Assembly: GCA_011109175.1 (NCBI GenBank)
Contig: RDEW01000045.1
Coordinates: 364,748-428,747, forward strand
From: Dicyema japonicum
Taxonomy: Eukaryota; Animalia; Dicyemida
Reading direction: 5' to 3'
DNA: 64,000 nucleotides
In this document: positions 23,955-36,415 of the stretch, in pieces
Layout: each line of letters starts with the position of its first letter
Position numbering within the stretch: the first letter of the stretch is position 1
Program-made: the position numbers and the translations under genes
Notes under the pieces: generated by a model
The model's database searches: none
What the model was told of the DNA's origin: nothing
What the model saw: only the letters and a program-made list of their open reading frames with translations

Positions 23955-26900
23955 TCATTCCTTAATTAATTTATTAGAAAGATGTTGTATAGCCGAGTTG
24001 AGGGAAGCGACATTAACCTTCATTTGTTTAATATCATTCCCAAGGTTGACAATCGTCTCATCCATTGAATTACTATTTGGCTGATTCCAATTGTTTAGGT
24101 TTGTTGACTTTATGTTTATATAAAATTTTCCATCTTCGTTTCTTAATTTTCGTTTTATTCTTTTTTTAAATAAATTCAAAAATTTGGACAAAAATAAAAC
24201 ATTTTCCATTTCAATCGCAAACTTTATTGCTCTCACCTACAGATAAGCAAATTCAGACCTTCCATCCAAGTCCTCGACTAAAGGCTGCGTAGGAATCGTT
24301 CATCATTGCGATGAGCATGTTTAGGAGAATTACTCCAGCAAAAATTATGAACGAAATGTAAGTTATCTTGACTAATACTCCCTTGTTGTTGCTCAACTGA
24401 TCTAATTCTGTCAATGAGAAAAAGTCCCCCATTCCAACCATCCACAAAAATGTCTGAAATATGGAATCAAACGAGTCCGGAGTTGAGACTGCGATTCCCA
24501 AGGATTCTCGAGTCAGAGCCCTGATTGTGAAAGAAAACCCAATGAGCACTGTAATAAACACAATGATGAATTTTGAAATATCGTGGACAATCATATGTTT
24601 CAACATCAAAGAGAAGTGGTGTATTGTCTGGAACCCCCGTGTAAAGTGAAGAGTATCCAACCAACCAAGAATCAATGTCAACGCCAAAAAATGAACTTGG
24701 AATTCGTTTTCTGTAAAATAAAGAGCAAACCAAATAAATGCAGTCGAGGACCACAAAATGGACGTGAAATAAGAAGAAACCAAGAATCCGACGAATCCAA
24801 TGGCTGCTGATGTTACAAGGCTTGAATATCTTCTTTTGAATATTTTTTTGGATGATCCTTCAGATTGTGTAATAACGAATGTGATGAATTTCATGACATT
24901 ATAAATCGAAATGAAAGAGGGCCACACAAGGAACACGGAAAACACTAATTTTGGGGGAGAAAACGAATTCGAACCAACAGGAAGGAGTTTGATCCCATAA
25001 TATCCGTAAAGGCTCATATGGAATACGTGGATCATCAACAGAAATATGTATAAAATCTGATAAGGACTCCAATAGTGCTTAGCCACTTGGTATATCGGCT
25101 GAATATTTAGGATTGTTGTGGCTACGTGCAAGTCATTCAGTCTTGTTATGTGGTATAGCAGGGATTTGCATTTCTTCGGTTTCTCGTCTTCCGGGTATGT
25201 TTTTGAACTTCCATGTTTCCGTATTGTGGTGTTGGGGGCTATGTTAGTAATATCATAGCTGATAAACTCGGAGTGGGTGAACTTGTTGACTCCTTCTAGA
25301 TTTAGGAACGCTTCTAGCATTCTCGAGGACCCCAAAGCCGCGGCATACACCAAGGGATTCATTTCATTTATATTCAAGGTCTCGTATATTAAAAACGACA
25401 GTGCTTCCTTCTTGTATACACTGTAAATTGGTAGAAACGAATCCGGTATTGACACGTGCTTGTATTGGCACCACCAATTCACAACGTTGGCCACAATTTG
25501 CTGGAACAAGAATGTAACATTCGATTCGCTCCCTTTATGAGACAAAAGTACCAATTCATGAAGGACTGTGTTTCCGCTCAAATCACGTGCTCCTAGATTA
25601 GCCCCGTTTCTTATCAGTTTGGTCATTTCCACGTGGTAGTTCTTCTCAGCAGCGATGTGAAGGAGGGATTTTCCTGTTTTATTTTGTAAATTCAAGTCAA
25701 GCTGAAAGTTGAAAGTATTAAGAATCTTATCGAATACGTTCAAATTTCCACATAAAAGAGCCACGTGGAGTTCGGTGTTCCCTGCCTTGTTTTGTTGGTT
25801 TATTTTGAGTAAATTGAAAAAGTTGAACAACTCTTCTCTTCCATTCTGTGCTATCAAGTGTAATATGGTATTTCCGTTGATGTCGGTCTCCTCTATGAGG
25901 GAGTAAGAGCTCATTTTGATTGACTGGTTCACCAGGGCCTCCAACAAACTGTAGCTCGTCTTCTTTGAAGAAAATGCGCAATGAAGGACGGTTTCTCCCT
26001 TTTTGTTTTTTATAGACAAATTTGCCTTCTTGAGGATCACCTCGGCTGCTTTGTTGGATCCAGAGACCAGTGCCAAATGAAGGGGAGTGTTCCCATCTGC
26101 ATTTTTGACGTCAATGTTATCAGAATCAATAAATTCCGACAAAATTTCTGCCTATCACTCAATCAATAAACTGCCTGATCAGCGAATGCAGCCACGTGGA
26201 TGAACGTATTTCCATGTGAGTCTCTTTCATTGAAATTCAACTTGCATTCAAATAGGAGTCTCAAATATTTAGTAGATCCTTTAGAAGAAGCCAAGTGAAT
26301 CGGGTAAGTTGCCCCAGAAAAGGTACCACTTATTCTTGCAGTTTGATGACCTTCTAATTGGAGGGCGTAGGATTTGAGAAGAATTAGAAGATATTTTTCG
26401 TTTTCTGATTCCATGGCGTAAGTCCAGGCGTCATATCCCCTTTTATTTCTGACTGAACTGTTGGCTCCAAGAGATATAAGACGGGTAAAGACGTTAATCT
26501 TTTCTTGCTGAATTGCTAGCAAAAGTGGAGTGTTTCCAAGTTCATCTTTGTCTTCAAGAAAGTTCCTGCACTCTAGGAGATACTCCAACAAATTTAGATG
26601 GCCAAAATATGCCGCCACATGGATTGGTTTCATTCCATATTTGATTTTCGTGTTCACATCAGCTCCGTTGTTGATCAGAATTTTCAAAATTTCTAAATTC
26701 CCAAGCGAAGTGGCCATCGTGATCGGAGTCTCCATTCCAAGTTTCCTCCGAGTTGACACTTTCGCTTTCCCTCTGTTGATTAAAAGTTTCACCATCTCCA
26801 CATACTGGTACCTCACAGCCCAATACAAAGCAGTCGATCCCTTATCATTTTCAACATCAACCAATGCTCTGTGCTTTATCAGAAACCTAAAGTCAACGGT

Positions 26901-27704
26901 AATCAAACTCGACAATGTTCAAGTGATTATTTCTCGAAGCAAACAGAATTGCAGTGTCACATTTATTGTTTGTAATGTTTAGGTTTACTTTGTGCTCATG
27001 TAAAAATCTCAAAAAGTCAAAATTTCCGAAAAAGCATGCCAAATGTATTGGCTTGAGACTTCGAGGGCGCTGTCCCTCAGATTCCATCAGCATTTCTTGG
27101 TCCATCAACTTTCCAACTTCAAAGCTGCTGAACTTTGAAATTAATAATCTGGCCATTTCGACGTCCCCCGAAATCGCAAACTGATGAAATGCGGTTCTCG
27201 ATGATTCCGCGTTTTCCAACTTACAGATGAGTCAATATCTTTACCAGGACAGTAAATTTTGCTTTAAGAAACTTCTTGTTACCCACATTAATCAAATATT
27301 GAGTCATTTCTCTCAAATCGTGTTTTACAGCCAAATGCAGCAAATTCTCATTGTTCGCGGATTTTATTTGATCCAAATTTCCTGAAGGGTTATTCTGTAG
27401 AAACTAGAATACTTTGATAAACTATGTGTCACCCTGTTGACGGTTTTTATTGAGTTTTCTTGATCACGTTTTCCGTAAAGTTCGAGTAATTCCGTGAAAA
27501 TTTGCTTAAATTGCGCGGAATCTGATTTTTCCGCAGTAAAACTTCTCCGAATGTCCTTAATAGATATTTCTTCGACTTCCTTTAGTAGATTAGAGTTTTG
27601 GTTCTTATTTGTACTCAAGAAAAATGGACCTGATTAATCTGTTTTTGGAGTTCCCTGATATCTCCGTCCACGTTGTAGTCGTTTCTGTGGAGGTCGAATT
27701 CCAT
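23955..27704 (-). CDS. TRPV-type transient receptor potential cation channel with about 18 ankyrin repeats, 7 exons
   Basis: Removing six GT-AG introns (27604-27629, 27382-27404, 27220-27244, 26887-26908, 26152-26171, 24237-24258) gives one open frame of 1204 codons. It contains ankyrin motifs, six hydrophobic segments, pore VGMGD, S6 LLNMLIAMMNDSY and a TRP-box-like GWKV. The start codon is uncertain. Confidence 0.9.
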
Positions 27705-29477
27705 TACCGGTTGTGTCTAATTACATTAATCCTGAATAACTGCATTTATTTCACGTATTTGTAACCATGGCAGGGAAAGTTCACAAATCAATTATTCTTA
27801 TATTTTTATTGATTATTACATCTGAATTTCTCACTGATAGTGCGGTAAAAAAATATTTATTTTTTGTCACTAAAATGTGACAGTCACTAACTCGACATTC
27901 TTTTTTTTAGATATTTTGTGCCATAATAGTACGTAACCACATCAATCAAAGGATACGTTAGGAACATCATTTTGGATGCCATGGGGTCTCTTGAGTTGGG
28001 TAGATTCTATGACGCCGAAATCATGACTTATGGTTTCGTTTATTATAATTTGAACCCCTATAATAAAGGAATTGTGTTATTTTCATTGATTTAAGCTTTG
28101 ATAGTTTAATTTGAATAACTTGGACATAATAAAATTAAAATTACTCTAACAGAGTGGCTGCTGCAGAGTACAGAATATTAAAAGCAATAGCAGGTTATGT
28201 TAGTATTACTCATAAATATAAATTTAAGTCAAAACATAATTTTACTGCAAAATGAAGAAAGTGCAAGGTACAATATCCATCATTTTACTATGAAGTAAGA
28301 CAAAGTCATAGTACATTAATAACACATATCTTTAACTTTTCTTATTAATTTGGGTGTTTCTTGTATTAACAGACCCTGGACTGAAAGAATACTCGATTAT
28401 TTGTCCACGGGTGCCATACATACTCTCGAAGACAATAAAATAGTGGAACACAGAATTCATCAGATTAGACTTCAGAGCTGCTGCTCCCGAAGATCGTCAG
28501 GGTGGGACTCGCACACCTAAGATGTGGACATCATCCATCTCTGCCTGGATAAAAATTCAGGATCTCTTTGCTTGGACCACCACGACTAGATGTTAAAGTA
28601 GGAGATCTATGAAAGCGATCTGTCTAAGCGGCACGATAGCTCTTACAAAATATAGTTAGTTAAGTAATTCCGGCTTCACTAACTTGTAAGAGACCAGCGG
28701 CTATTAACTAGGACTCAGCGAATGCCGGTCGATCCCATCTTCCAAAATACGAAGGGTAACTCTTGCTGTTATTATTTTTTAATTAACATTTTGTTATTTT
28801 TTAATGTACAAATAATTTTTTTATAACTTTTCAAAACAATAAGATCTTTCAAAGATGGCTTTTAACAATTCATTAAACTGAAAATTTTGGTAGGCGTTAT
28901 TGTATCCACTACTCAGGAAACTCCCATTCCCTTATTTGCATAAAAAGTGATCCCTTTTTTCCTATTCTAATGGAGGAGTTCCCATAATGGAGGAAATAGA
29001 TGGACGTGATGCTTGGGAGAGATAAATTTCACACTGACTGAGGTTATGTATATTCATAGTTATAAAAATTTTTTGGTAAAGACATTATAGCGATAAAAGA
29101 AGCTTCACTTGCGGTAATTTAATAATATTTATTTATCAGGTTAATCGGACGGCTTGTGGGAAAATCTAGAATGACGCGATGGCTTTTCCAGAACATTGGG
29201 CTCGCGATCATGAGAGGTAACTCCAATGTCTGCAGTGTCAATGGAGACCTGTCATAACAACTTTACTTTAAATTATCCGTAATAAATTGGATTTAATTTA
29301 TTTGTTTTCAAATATTTATTTAAAACAATTTAATTTAAAGTTTTGGAAAGTGCACATGTCAGAGTATTACCTAATGCCTCCCCGTATTATGTACTTAATT
29401 TGCAATAAATGTAGGTTGAGTTTGCGAGAACAGTCTTAAACAACAACTCATTCGTTATTTATAGAGACCAAGACTCT

Positions 29478-32400
29478 ATGATGAAAACCATAAAACTACT
29501 AATATCCCACCACAACCAAATTAGCGACAACGAACATTTTATTATCGCCACCGACGATAGTATATATTCATTTAATTTTCAGAAAATATTCAAAATAAAA
29601 TTAACAAAATACTATTTAATTATTATCCATACAATAAACAAAAATATTCTCTCAAAATAAACTACACCAAAATCACCGAATTATCCTACCCCCAGTCAAA
29701 TGCTTCCAGAATAATACTCCTTCAATATTCCTCAGATTTTATCTCTCTGTTGAAACCATTTGGGATTCCCATCACTATCTTCTGTCCCCTTTCAGAGGAC
29801 CCCGTTTTCCTTGATGATTTCAAAGTACTCTTTGACTGCCTGACTTTTCTCCACAGCCACGACTATTCTGTGAAATACTTATTGTTTCAGTCACAGGAGT
29901 GTGTTCCGAGTCATAATTATTTGGGTAGACCTTTTTGCTGATTCTCAGAACTGATCCAGGAGATGAAGGATACTGTTGAGTCTCTAGAAAATGCGTTCTC
30001 TGTGATTCGTCTGATATGTTCGCAAATACTATCCACTGCTTCTAATCTCGGGATATTCTCTGCTTATTTGGTCGCTAAAAACGTCTTAACGTCATACCAG
30101 AATGACTCAGTCAAGCAATCTCGTCCCCACAGTGAGGTTGAAACAACGTTTCTTAGTCTCTTGAGTTGCTTTACAATTCACTACCAAGAAATACGAGACA
30201 ACTTTAGAGTGAATTCCTCTCAAAATCTGTTAAATCTCACAACCAACAAGGTTTACTTAGTATTTATTAAGGTCACTGTTCTTGTTGACTATGTTAATGA
30301 TTCTCTGAAACAAAATCGTTCGTGGAGTGCTGTTATAATAACGTGGGCTGTCCATGATGCGTTTTCCCTATGTTGCATATTAGAAGAACTGTCATCCATT
30401 GATGAAAAATTTGCCAACTTTCGTCCAGTCATCTATCGTCACTCAGTTGAGATTTGAGGATATTATAGACTAAGGTGCCGATAAATTCAAAGAGATTCAA
30501 TTTGGTCTTTACTTCCTTTGATGATTACTGGAAAATGTCGGGTATGACTGATAACATCATATTCTTTGATTTTGACGAGGATTCTCTACCAAGATCTACG
30601 ATTGGAGTATTTATGTCTTTCAGTTTAGAACTGTAATATTCTGATTTTATGCTCACATTCCAATTTCACTCATTTGAAGCTCAGAATGGAAATATTTACT
30701 ACGATTGCAGCCATGTCAACTATACACGTTGATTCTCAGAATGAAGCGAAAAAGTGGGACTTTGAGGAACTGAAATTGGCGGAGATGGAAGATTCGAGAA
30801 AATTAGATCAGAGTGGTGATTCTCGGTTATGTCTGAGGAATTCAATTTACTATTTGAACCATTTCTATGATAATTATGATATCAAGGAAGATGGTGTTTT
30901 CTACGACACTTGCGTTAAACAGCAGGGATGTGAAGAATCACACAATTTGTGTTATTCCGTGGAAATATGCTTAAATTTGGGGATTTCATCGGATGAGACT
31001 ATCAAGGTCGTTGTTTACTGTAATCGAGTAGGGAGACGTGGCTGAGACTAAGAAACTGGCGGAAATGAATGCTGCCTTGAAGGCATGCGAACAATTGATT
31101 GAGTTTGGTACTCGCAATGTTTAGTTTAGGGATGATTGACTTTGACACGTTGTCTCCCGTCAATAGAGAGTTTCTTCTAGACCATTTGCCTTCAATACAT
31201 AACATTTCTCTTATAAATACTTACAGATCTGAGGTTCCCCCAACTAGTTACTTTGTTAGACATCGATCTGTTTGAGAAATGGGGATTTGGGAACTCAAAA
31301 ATCGTACTATTTGTACAAAATCAACGGACTTGGTGGAGAGCGACCCATGGGAATCCTTATTGTTGGCAAAATTCCGTTGGGTCTCCCGGAAATTGAATTG
31401 TACGACAAAACCGAAAAACTATTAATCAGTTTTACGGAAAAATCAGAAAATAACGTTTTCACGACTGATCAGCTAGATTTACTGAGATTCTTCCATTCAT
31501 ACATACTCACACAAGTGATCCACATCGACGACAGTTTACTTGAATTTGGGGAGACTGGGGAAACAGTAACTTCCTTATTTGTGGTCTTATCCGCCACTGG
31601 AAAAGAAATCGACTACGAATTCATGGAGGATGTGAAAAAGAGTTCAATCAGTGATATCCCCTTTACGTTGGAATCGTAAAATGTGTATTTACTGGTAGAT
31701 TTACGGACAGTAACCTCAACCAACTTGTTCTCTCAACTAACTATGGGAGAAAGCGGAGAAATTACTCAGTTTTAGGAATTTCTGAAAAAACTGGGGATTC
31801 TCTGACGGAGGACGGGGAATCTTTCACTGTGAGGTACCTGAAACGACATGGAATAGAATTACGGCATCCTCAACGAAGCCTCATAGATTGTGTCAAATTC
31901 GATGACAGAAAACTTTGTTTTTTAAGGCCTGAAAGTTGTGAATTCGTTATAACGTAGAAAATAGAGACGTTCATGTTTCCCACGTGGTTGCTGATCTTTG
32001 TTTTGTCCACCCACTTCCAAAGTCTATGTGGATACAGATTATGTATCTCCCTTCCATCTTCTTCCGTCTCTTGAACCTTTTGAAAACGAGTCAACTATAT
32101 TATTCGCTCAAAAGTCAGTTTGAGGAAGTACAAGGCACGGATTTCAAGTTTCCCTCAATTATTGACTTTAACGTTGCCCTCACACTCACCAAGTGTGAGG
32201 AGATGGTAAATCTCGAATGCTACGAATTCCTTGGTGACTCCATTCTAAATTATTTGGCCTCTTTGAAACTCTATAGTTTATTTCCTGCAGTGAGTGGTTC
32301 AACCCTTAAAGTTTTGCATCCCCATTATGTAAGAATATCCCTTACATTTAGACAAACAACTTTCTGTTGTGGAATTTTGGGAAGAAGCTGAATCTTCCAG

Positions 32401-33141
32401 CATATATTCAGTGTGTTAAGCTTGAAGTCGGTGGTTGGCTTCCTCCTTGCTATAAATTACGGGAGAATACGACCAAAATGAGATTAAGATACTATTTGGA
32501 CAGGGAGATCACCGACAAGTCAGTGGCTGATGTGGTGGAAGCAATCATCGGTGTTTTGTTTATTAAAGTTGTCCTTTTTTTACATTTCAGGGATCTGTTG
32601 AGGCTGGTACGTGGTTCTTCAACCTTATCGAAGTCAATAATATCTTTGAGACTCTGTACTTACCCACACATGAGCTTGTCTTGTCCTCTGAAAAAAATCA
32701 TTTTGATTGCTTCTACAGATTTAAGTGTGATTGGCTTGCTGAGTGTGTGTTTACTCATTCTTGTGTGCGTTATTCGATCCCTCGGTCAAGATTGAGCTTT
32801 GTTGGAGAATCTGTCATAAAGTGCCTTTTTTCTCTGCACTTGTTTGAAACTTATGAGAACATGACTCCTGGTTTGATTGGGTGAATATTTCAGAAAAGCT
32901 CACAAAGATGAGGGATTCGTTTGTCAGTAACGGATTCTACGTCAAATTTTGTGTCTTAAATGATTTTCAGAGATATTTGAAATGTTATAATTTGGATCAT
33001 TTGGAAGATGTTGACGGTGGTTTGGATTCAATGACTGATACTTTTTTGGCGTTTATAGGGGCTGTTTATTTTGATTGTGGAAGTGATCTGGAACTCGTTT
33101 GGGAGGTGGTATATGAAAATTATTACTTGAAAACTATGTAA
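29478..33141 (+). CDS. Dicer: Dicer-like endoribonuclease, divergent, multi-exon with tiny introns
   Basis: Ordered domains: helicase-C-like remnant (TNKV..LVDY), DUF283 (LAEMNAALKACEQL), platform (RPMGIL..LLRFFHSYIL..IDYEFME), PAZ/connector (LCFVHPLPKSMWIQIMYLPSIFFRL), RNase IIIa (ALT..ECYEFLGDS; DKSVADVVEAIIG) and RNase IIIb-like (YRFK..FTHS..LTKMRDSFVSN..GAVYFDCG). The start is approximate. Confidence 0.88.
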
Positions 33142-33217
33142 TCGATTGATTGTAATATTAATTATTATATTTTCCATTTCTATAAAATATTTATTCTGTA
33201 GGTTGTCCACATAATTG

Positions 33218-33503
33218 TTTTACACAAGGAAAACTACCACAAGGATTATCTGAAGCAGTAAGGGGTAGATAGGAAGCTCCAGGCTATCTACAGTCCACTG
33301 TATAAAAGCGGACCCTAGAGAGTCTGACACTGGAGTATAGGAGGCAGATCCCGGCGATGCCATATGGGCAGAGGGTTCAATTGGACAAGGTGCTCTCGGA
33401 GTTGTTTCAGCAACCAGAATCGAACCTGCCTCAGGAGGTTGACTAACAGGCAAGGAAGGTTGTTGATTATTAAATATTAACTTGTTATTGTTGGTTAAAT
33501 AAA
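33218..33503 (-). mobile_element. Short 3'-end copy of the R4/Dong-like family seen at 1715-1990, lying between the Dicer and HIPK 3' ends
   Basis: Diverged nucleotide match (in inverted orientation) to 1715-1980, e.g. gttgtttcagcaaccagaatcgaacctgcc and ggaaggttgttgatt. On the + strand it reads as the element's sense 3' end. Confidence 0.85.
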
Positions 33504-36415
33504 GCGGGTTATATTAGAGAAATTGGATTTGAACTCGCCATAGGTTAAATCCTCTAGTGCAGCCAGAGTAAGCTATGAAATAAAATTATACTAAGTCCAA
33601 GGGTTAACTCAAACTAACTGATTTCGTGATCCTGACGTGTTCCGGTAGACACCAGGCACAGTTGATTCAGAGGACAATGGCAAGGAAGCTGAGGTCGATA
33701 CCAGAACTCACCACCAGATCGAAATCCGTCATCTTTTGAGTTAGGTGAATCCGATGACGCTACTAAGGAAAGAGAAGTCTTCTATTAAGTGACCACACAG
33801 CACCAATCTGAATTGACTGAAGTATATAGGGTTGAAACGACGACGTCTAAAAAGATCGTTGGTTTGTGGGAACAATTTTAAATGTCTATCATTGATTTTA
33901 TTTACAAAATAGGATTTTTCAAAATCTTCTTCGATGCCAGGAACAGGCACTTCGTTGATACGGAAATCGCTAAGCGTCAATTTTGAATCACTTAACGGAA
34001 CTTTCCATAGCACCCCTTGGGCCAAAAGTCAATTCGTATTTGGAATCCTTTACAAAATATGAGACGAAACCTTCTCTCTAAGGAGATTAATCCAGGAAGA
34101 CGTTCACTCAATTAACGCCGCTCCTAAAGATATCCAGCCTTGAGGAGAATGCGTTTCCAATCTCTCGTATAGCACCTCTGATGGCAGGGCCGATCACATC
34201 CGAATTCTAAAACGGGGATGGAACAAAGCTTAAATAGTCCCCAAGCGATAAATTAAATTGTATCTATCACTGCAAGAATAACTGACAAATCGAGATTGAG
34301 ATTCATCAGAGTTTCTGGAAAACCGTCCGAAATAAATATGGAAACTAAACTTTTATTTGTAATACAGTAAATTTGTCTCAGATAGTGATACATGTTTGGG
34401 GAATCCTTAAATTTTTATCTCCGTACAAAGTAGTCTCGAATCACTTTATACAGATTTTACAAATTCATATGACCACATAAAGATGTCGAAGACAACTAAT
34501 TAAATAATCCCAGCTTTTAACAACTGGAAGACTCTCAAGTTTCCACCAGGGATCCCACTGATTTTTTGAGTTGTCTCCTTGAATTTCGACAGACGAACTT
34601 GATTGACAAATCCTTCCTAAAGACCGATTGGGATTTCTCGGATAGTCGGTCGTTCACATACGTGCTGATCAAGTCAATCCGCTTGCGATTAATTCCTGAA
34701 CCTCGAAGAAAATCAGGGCACACAAGAAGAGTTAATTAATCAAAAAGTTATGAAGATCTAGAAGTTTGATCTCCACTAGACCAATGTTCAATTTCTTCCG
34801 AGCAATTCTCGAGTGACTAAGTATTATTAACTAATTCAACCTCCGTACTGTCGACTTCAGAGTTAGTTGAGAAGGTATAGATGCTATCTTTAGTCTCACT
34901 TCCCTTTTGATAAGACTCAATGTAGCAACTCGGCATTAATCCAAAGGCCATATTCCGACTAAAATAAACAACAAATTTCACTAGTCGGAATCCTCAGGCA
35001 TATAATTCATGAAATTGAGGAATGAGTGACTCCGAGCTTGTTGAGGACCCATCCTATTAGACGGATCTACTTTAAGTAGTTCATCGAGGAATGAAAAGTA
35101 TAAAATCGAGTCTTTGACAAATCCAGAGTACTGGGATTCATGGATTTCCCAGGTGGGAAGATTATCAAAAATCATCGACAATTGCTTGTATAAATTAAAC
35201 TCTATTACCGGTTTAATGACTTTTATTTCTGTCAGTTTTGTGATTCCGTCTCTATAATACTCTTCTTCTGACTAGTGAATGTAGACACGTGCTACCTTCA
35301 TTAGCCACATTTGACCGTATAAAATAGACATATGCCACGAAAAAAACTTACCACAGTTATCTGCTTCAATGATCATATCGTCTGGGGGCATCTCTATATG
35401 TTTAGTGATGCAACAGAGCTGAGAATTTGAAAACGATTAACCTGTTGGTATTCGTCCTCTCCCGGAAAAAGAATGAACCCAGAAAAGAGCTCGGCAATAA
35501 TGCAACCGAGTGACCACATGTCAATTTTATCGTCGGGTTTGCACCCCATCAATACCTCAGGGGCTCTAAAATAGAAAACCTACGTGACCTGTAGACTAAG
35601 GTCTGTAAATTTATGAAATCCTTTATCTCGTCAATGAAGACGGCCGATCCAAAGTCAACCAACCTCACGATATAAGGGTATTTGTGGTGATCCACCAGCA
35701 TAATGTTGGAGGGCTTCAAGTCCGTATGAACAATGTCGTGTTGTTGAAGTTTCGATAACGCTTGCACCATCTAGACGTTAAGAAACTCTGACCTGATATG
35801 TAATCGATCGGATTGCGTGAATTGGGAGTTGCTTCTCTGTTTCCATGAATTCTTTTAAGGTAATAGAGAGAAGCTCAGTCACTAAACATCGGAATCCACG
35901 ATGGCTGCAATAGTCGATTATTTCGAAAATAAAGTGTTCTGCTCCCTTATTTTCTTTTAGAATCCACAGAATGTAGTCCTTAGATTAGATTCATGAGGTA
36001 CCTCGAAGTAATAAGCATTTTCGTTTTTCTTGTTGATTCGAATGAGTTTAAGAGCCACTGAAGTCCCAGTTCTAACTTGAGTCGCCTTATAGACTTTTGC
36101 GAATGCTCCCTGACCAATGTAACTATGTGCGGTGTATGATTCATCCATAGATGTGATAATCTGATTAATTTAAGCTAAAACTACATCGTTTTTGTATATT
36201 TGGCAATCACCTTCTGTTGGTTCCCCCAATAATATTTTGGAGGGGTTGGGACCTTTATTAGTAATTTTTGATTTCGAATTATCACCCATATATTGTGGAG
36301 TATGAATCGTCTAACGTGAACAACGCTGTTGATGACGGAAAATTCAATTAAATTCCAGATTTTACGGCTTAGGACCCACTCTTGTCGGACAGGAAGTAGA
36401 CAAATTGTAATTCAT
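33500..36415 (-). CDS. HIPK: HIPK-like (DYRK/CMGC) serine/threonine kinase with a long divergent C-terminal tail and many tiny introns
   Basis: IGQGAFAKV, VALK, HTDLKPSNIMLVD..PY.VRLVDFGSA, LQTLVYRAPE and IDMWSLGCIIAELFLG motifs. Introns at 36161-36184, 35979-36001, 35771-35792, 35566-35588, 35419-35441, 35272-35295, 34959-34981 and 34817-34840. Both ends are approximate. Confidence 0.85.

Noticed and set aside
29478-36415. Alternative genetic code (stop reassignment) to explain fragmented ORFs
   Set aside because: Stops and frame changes are resolved by 20-26 nt GT-AG introns. Long exons (e.g. the 629-aa and 513-aa ORFs) have no internal stops.
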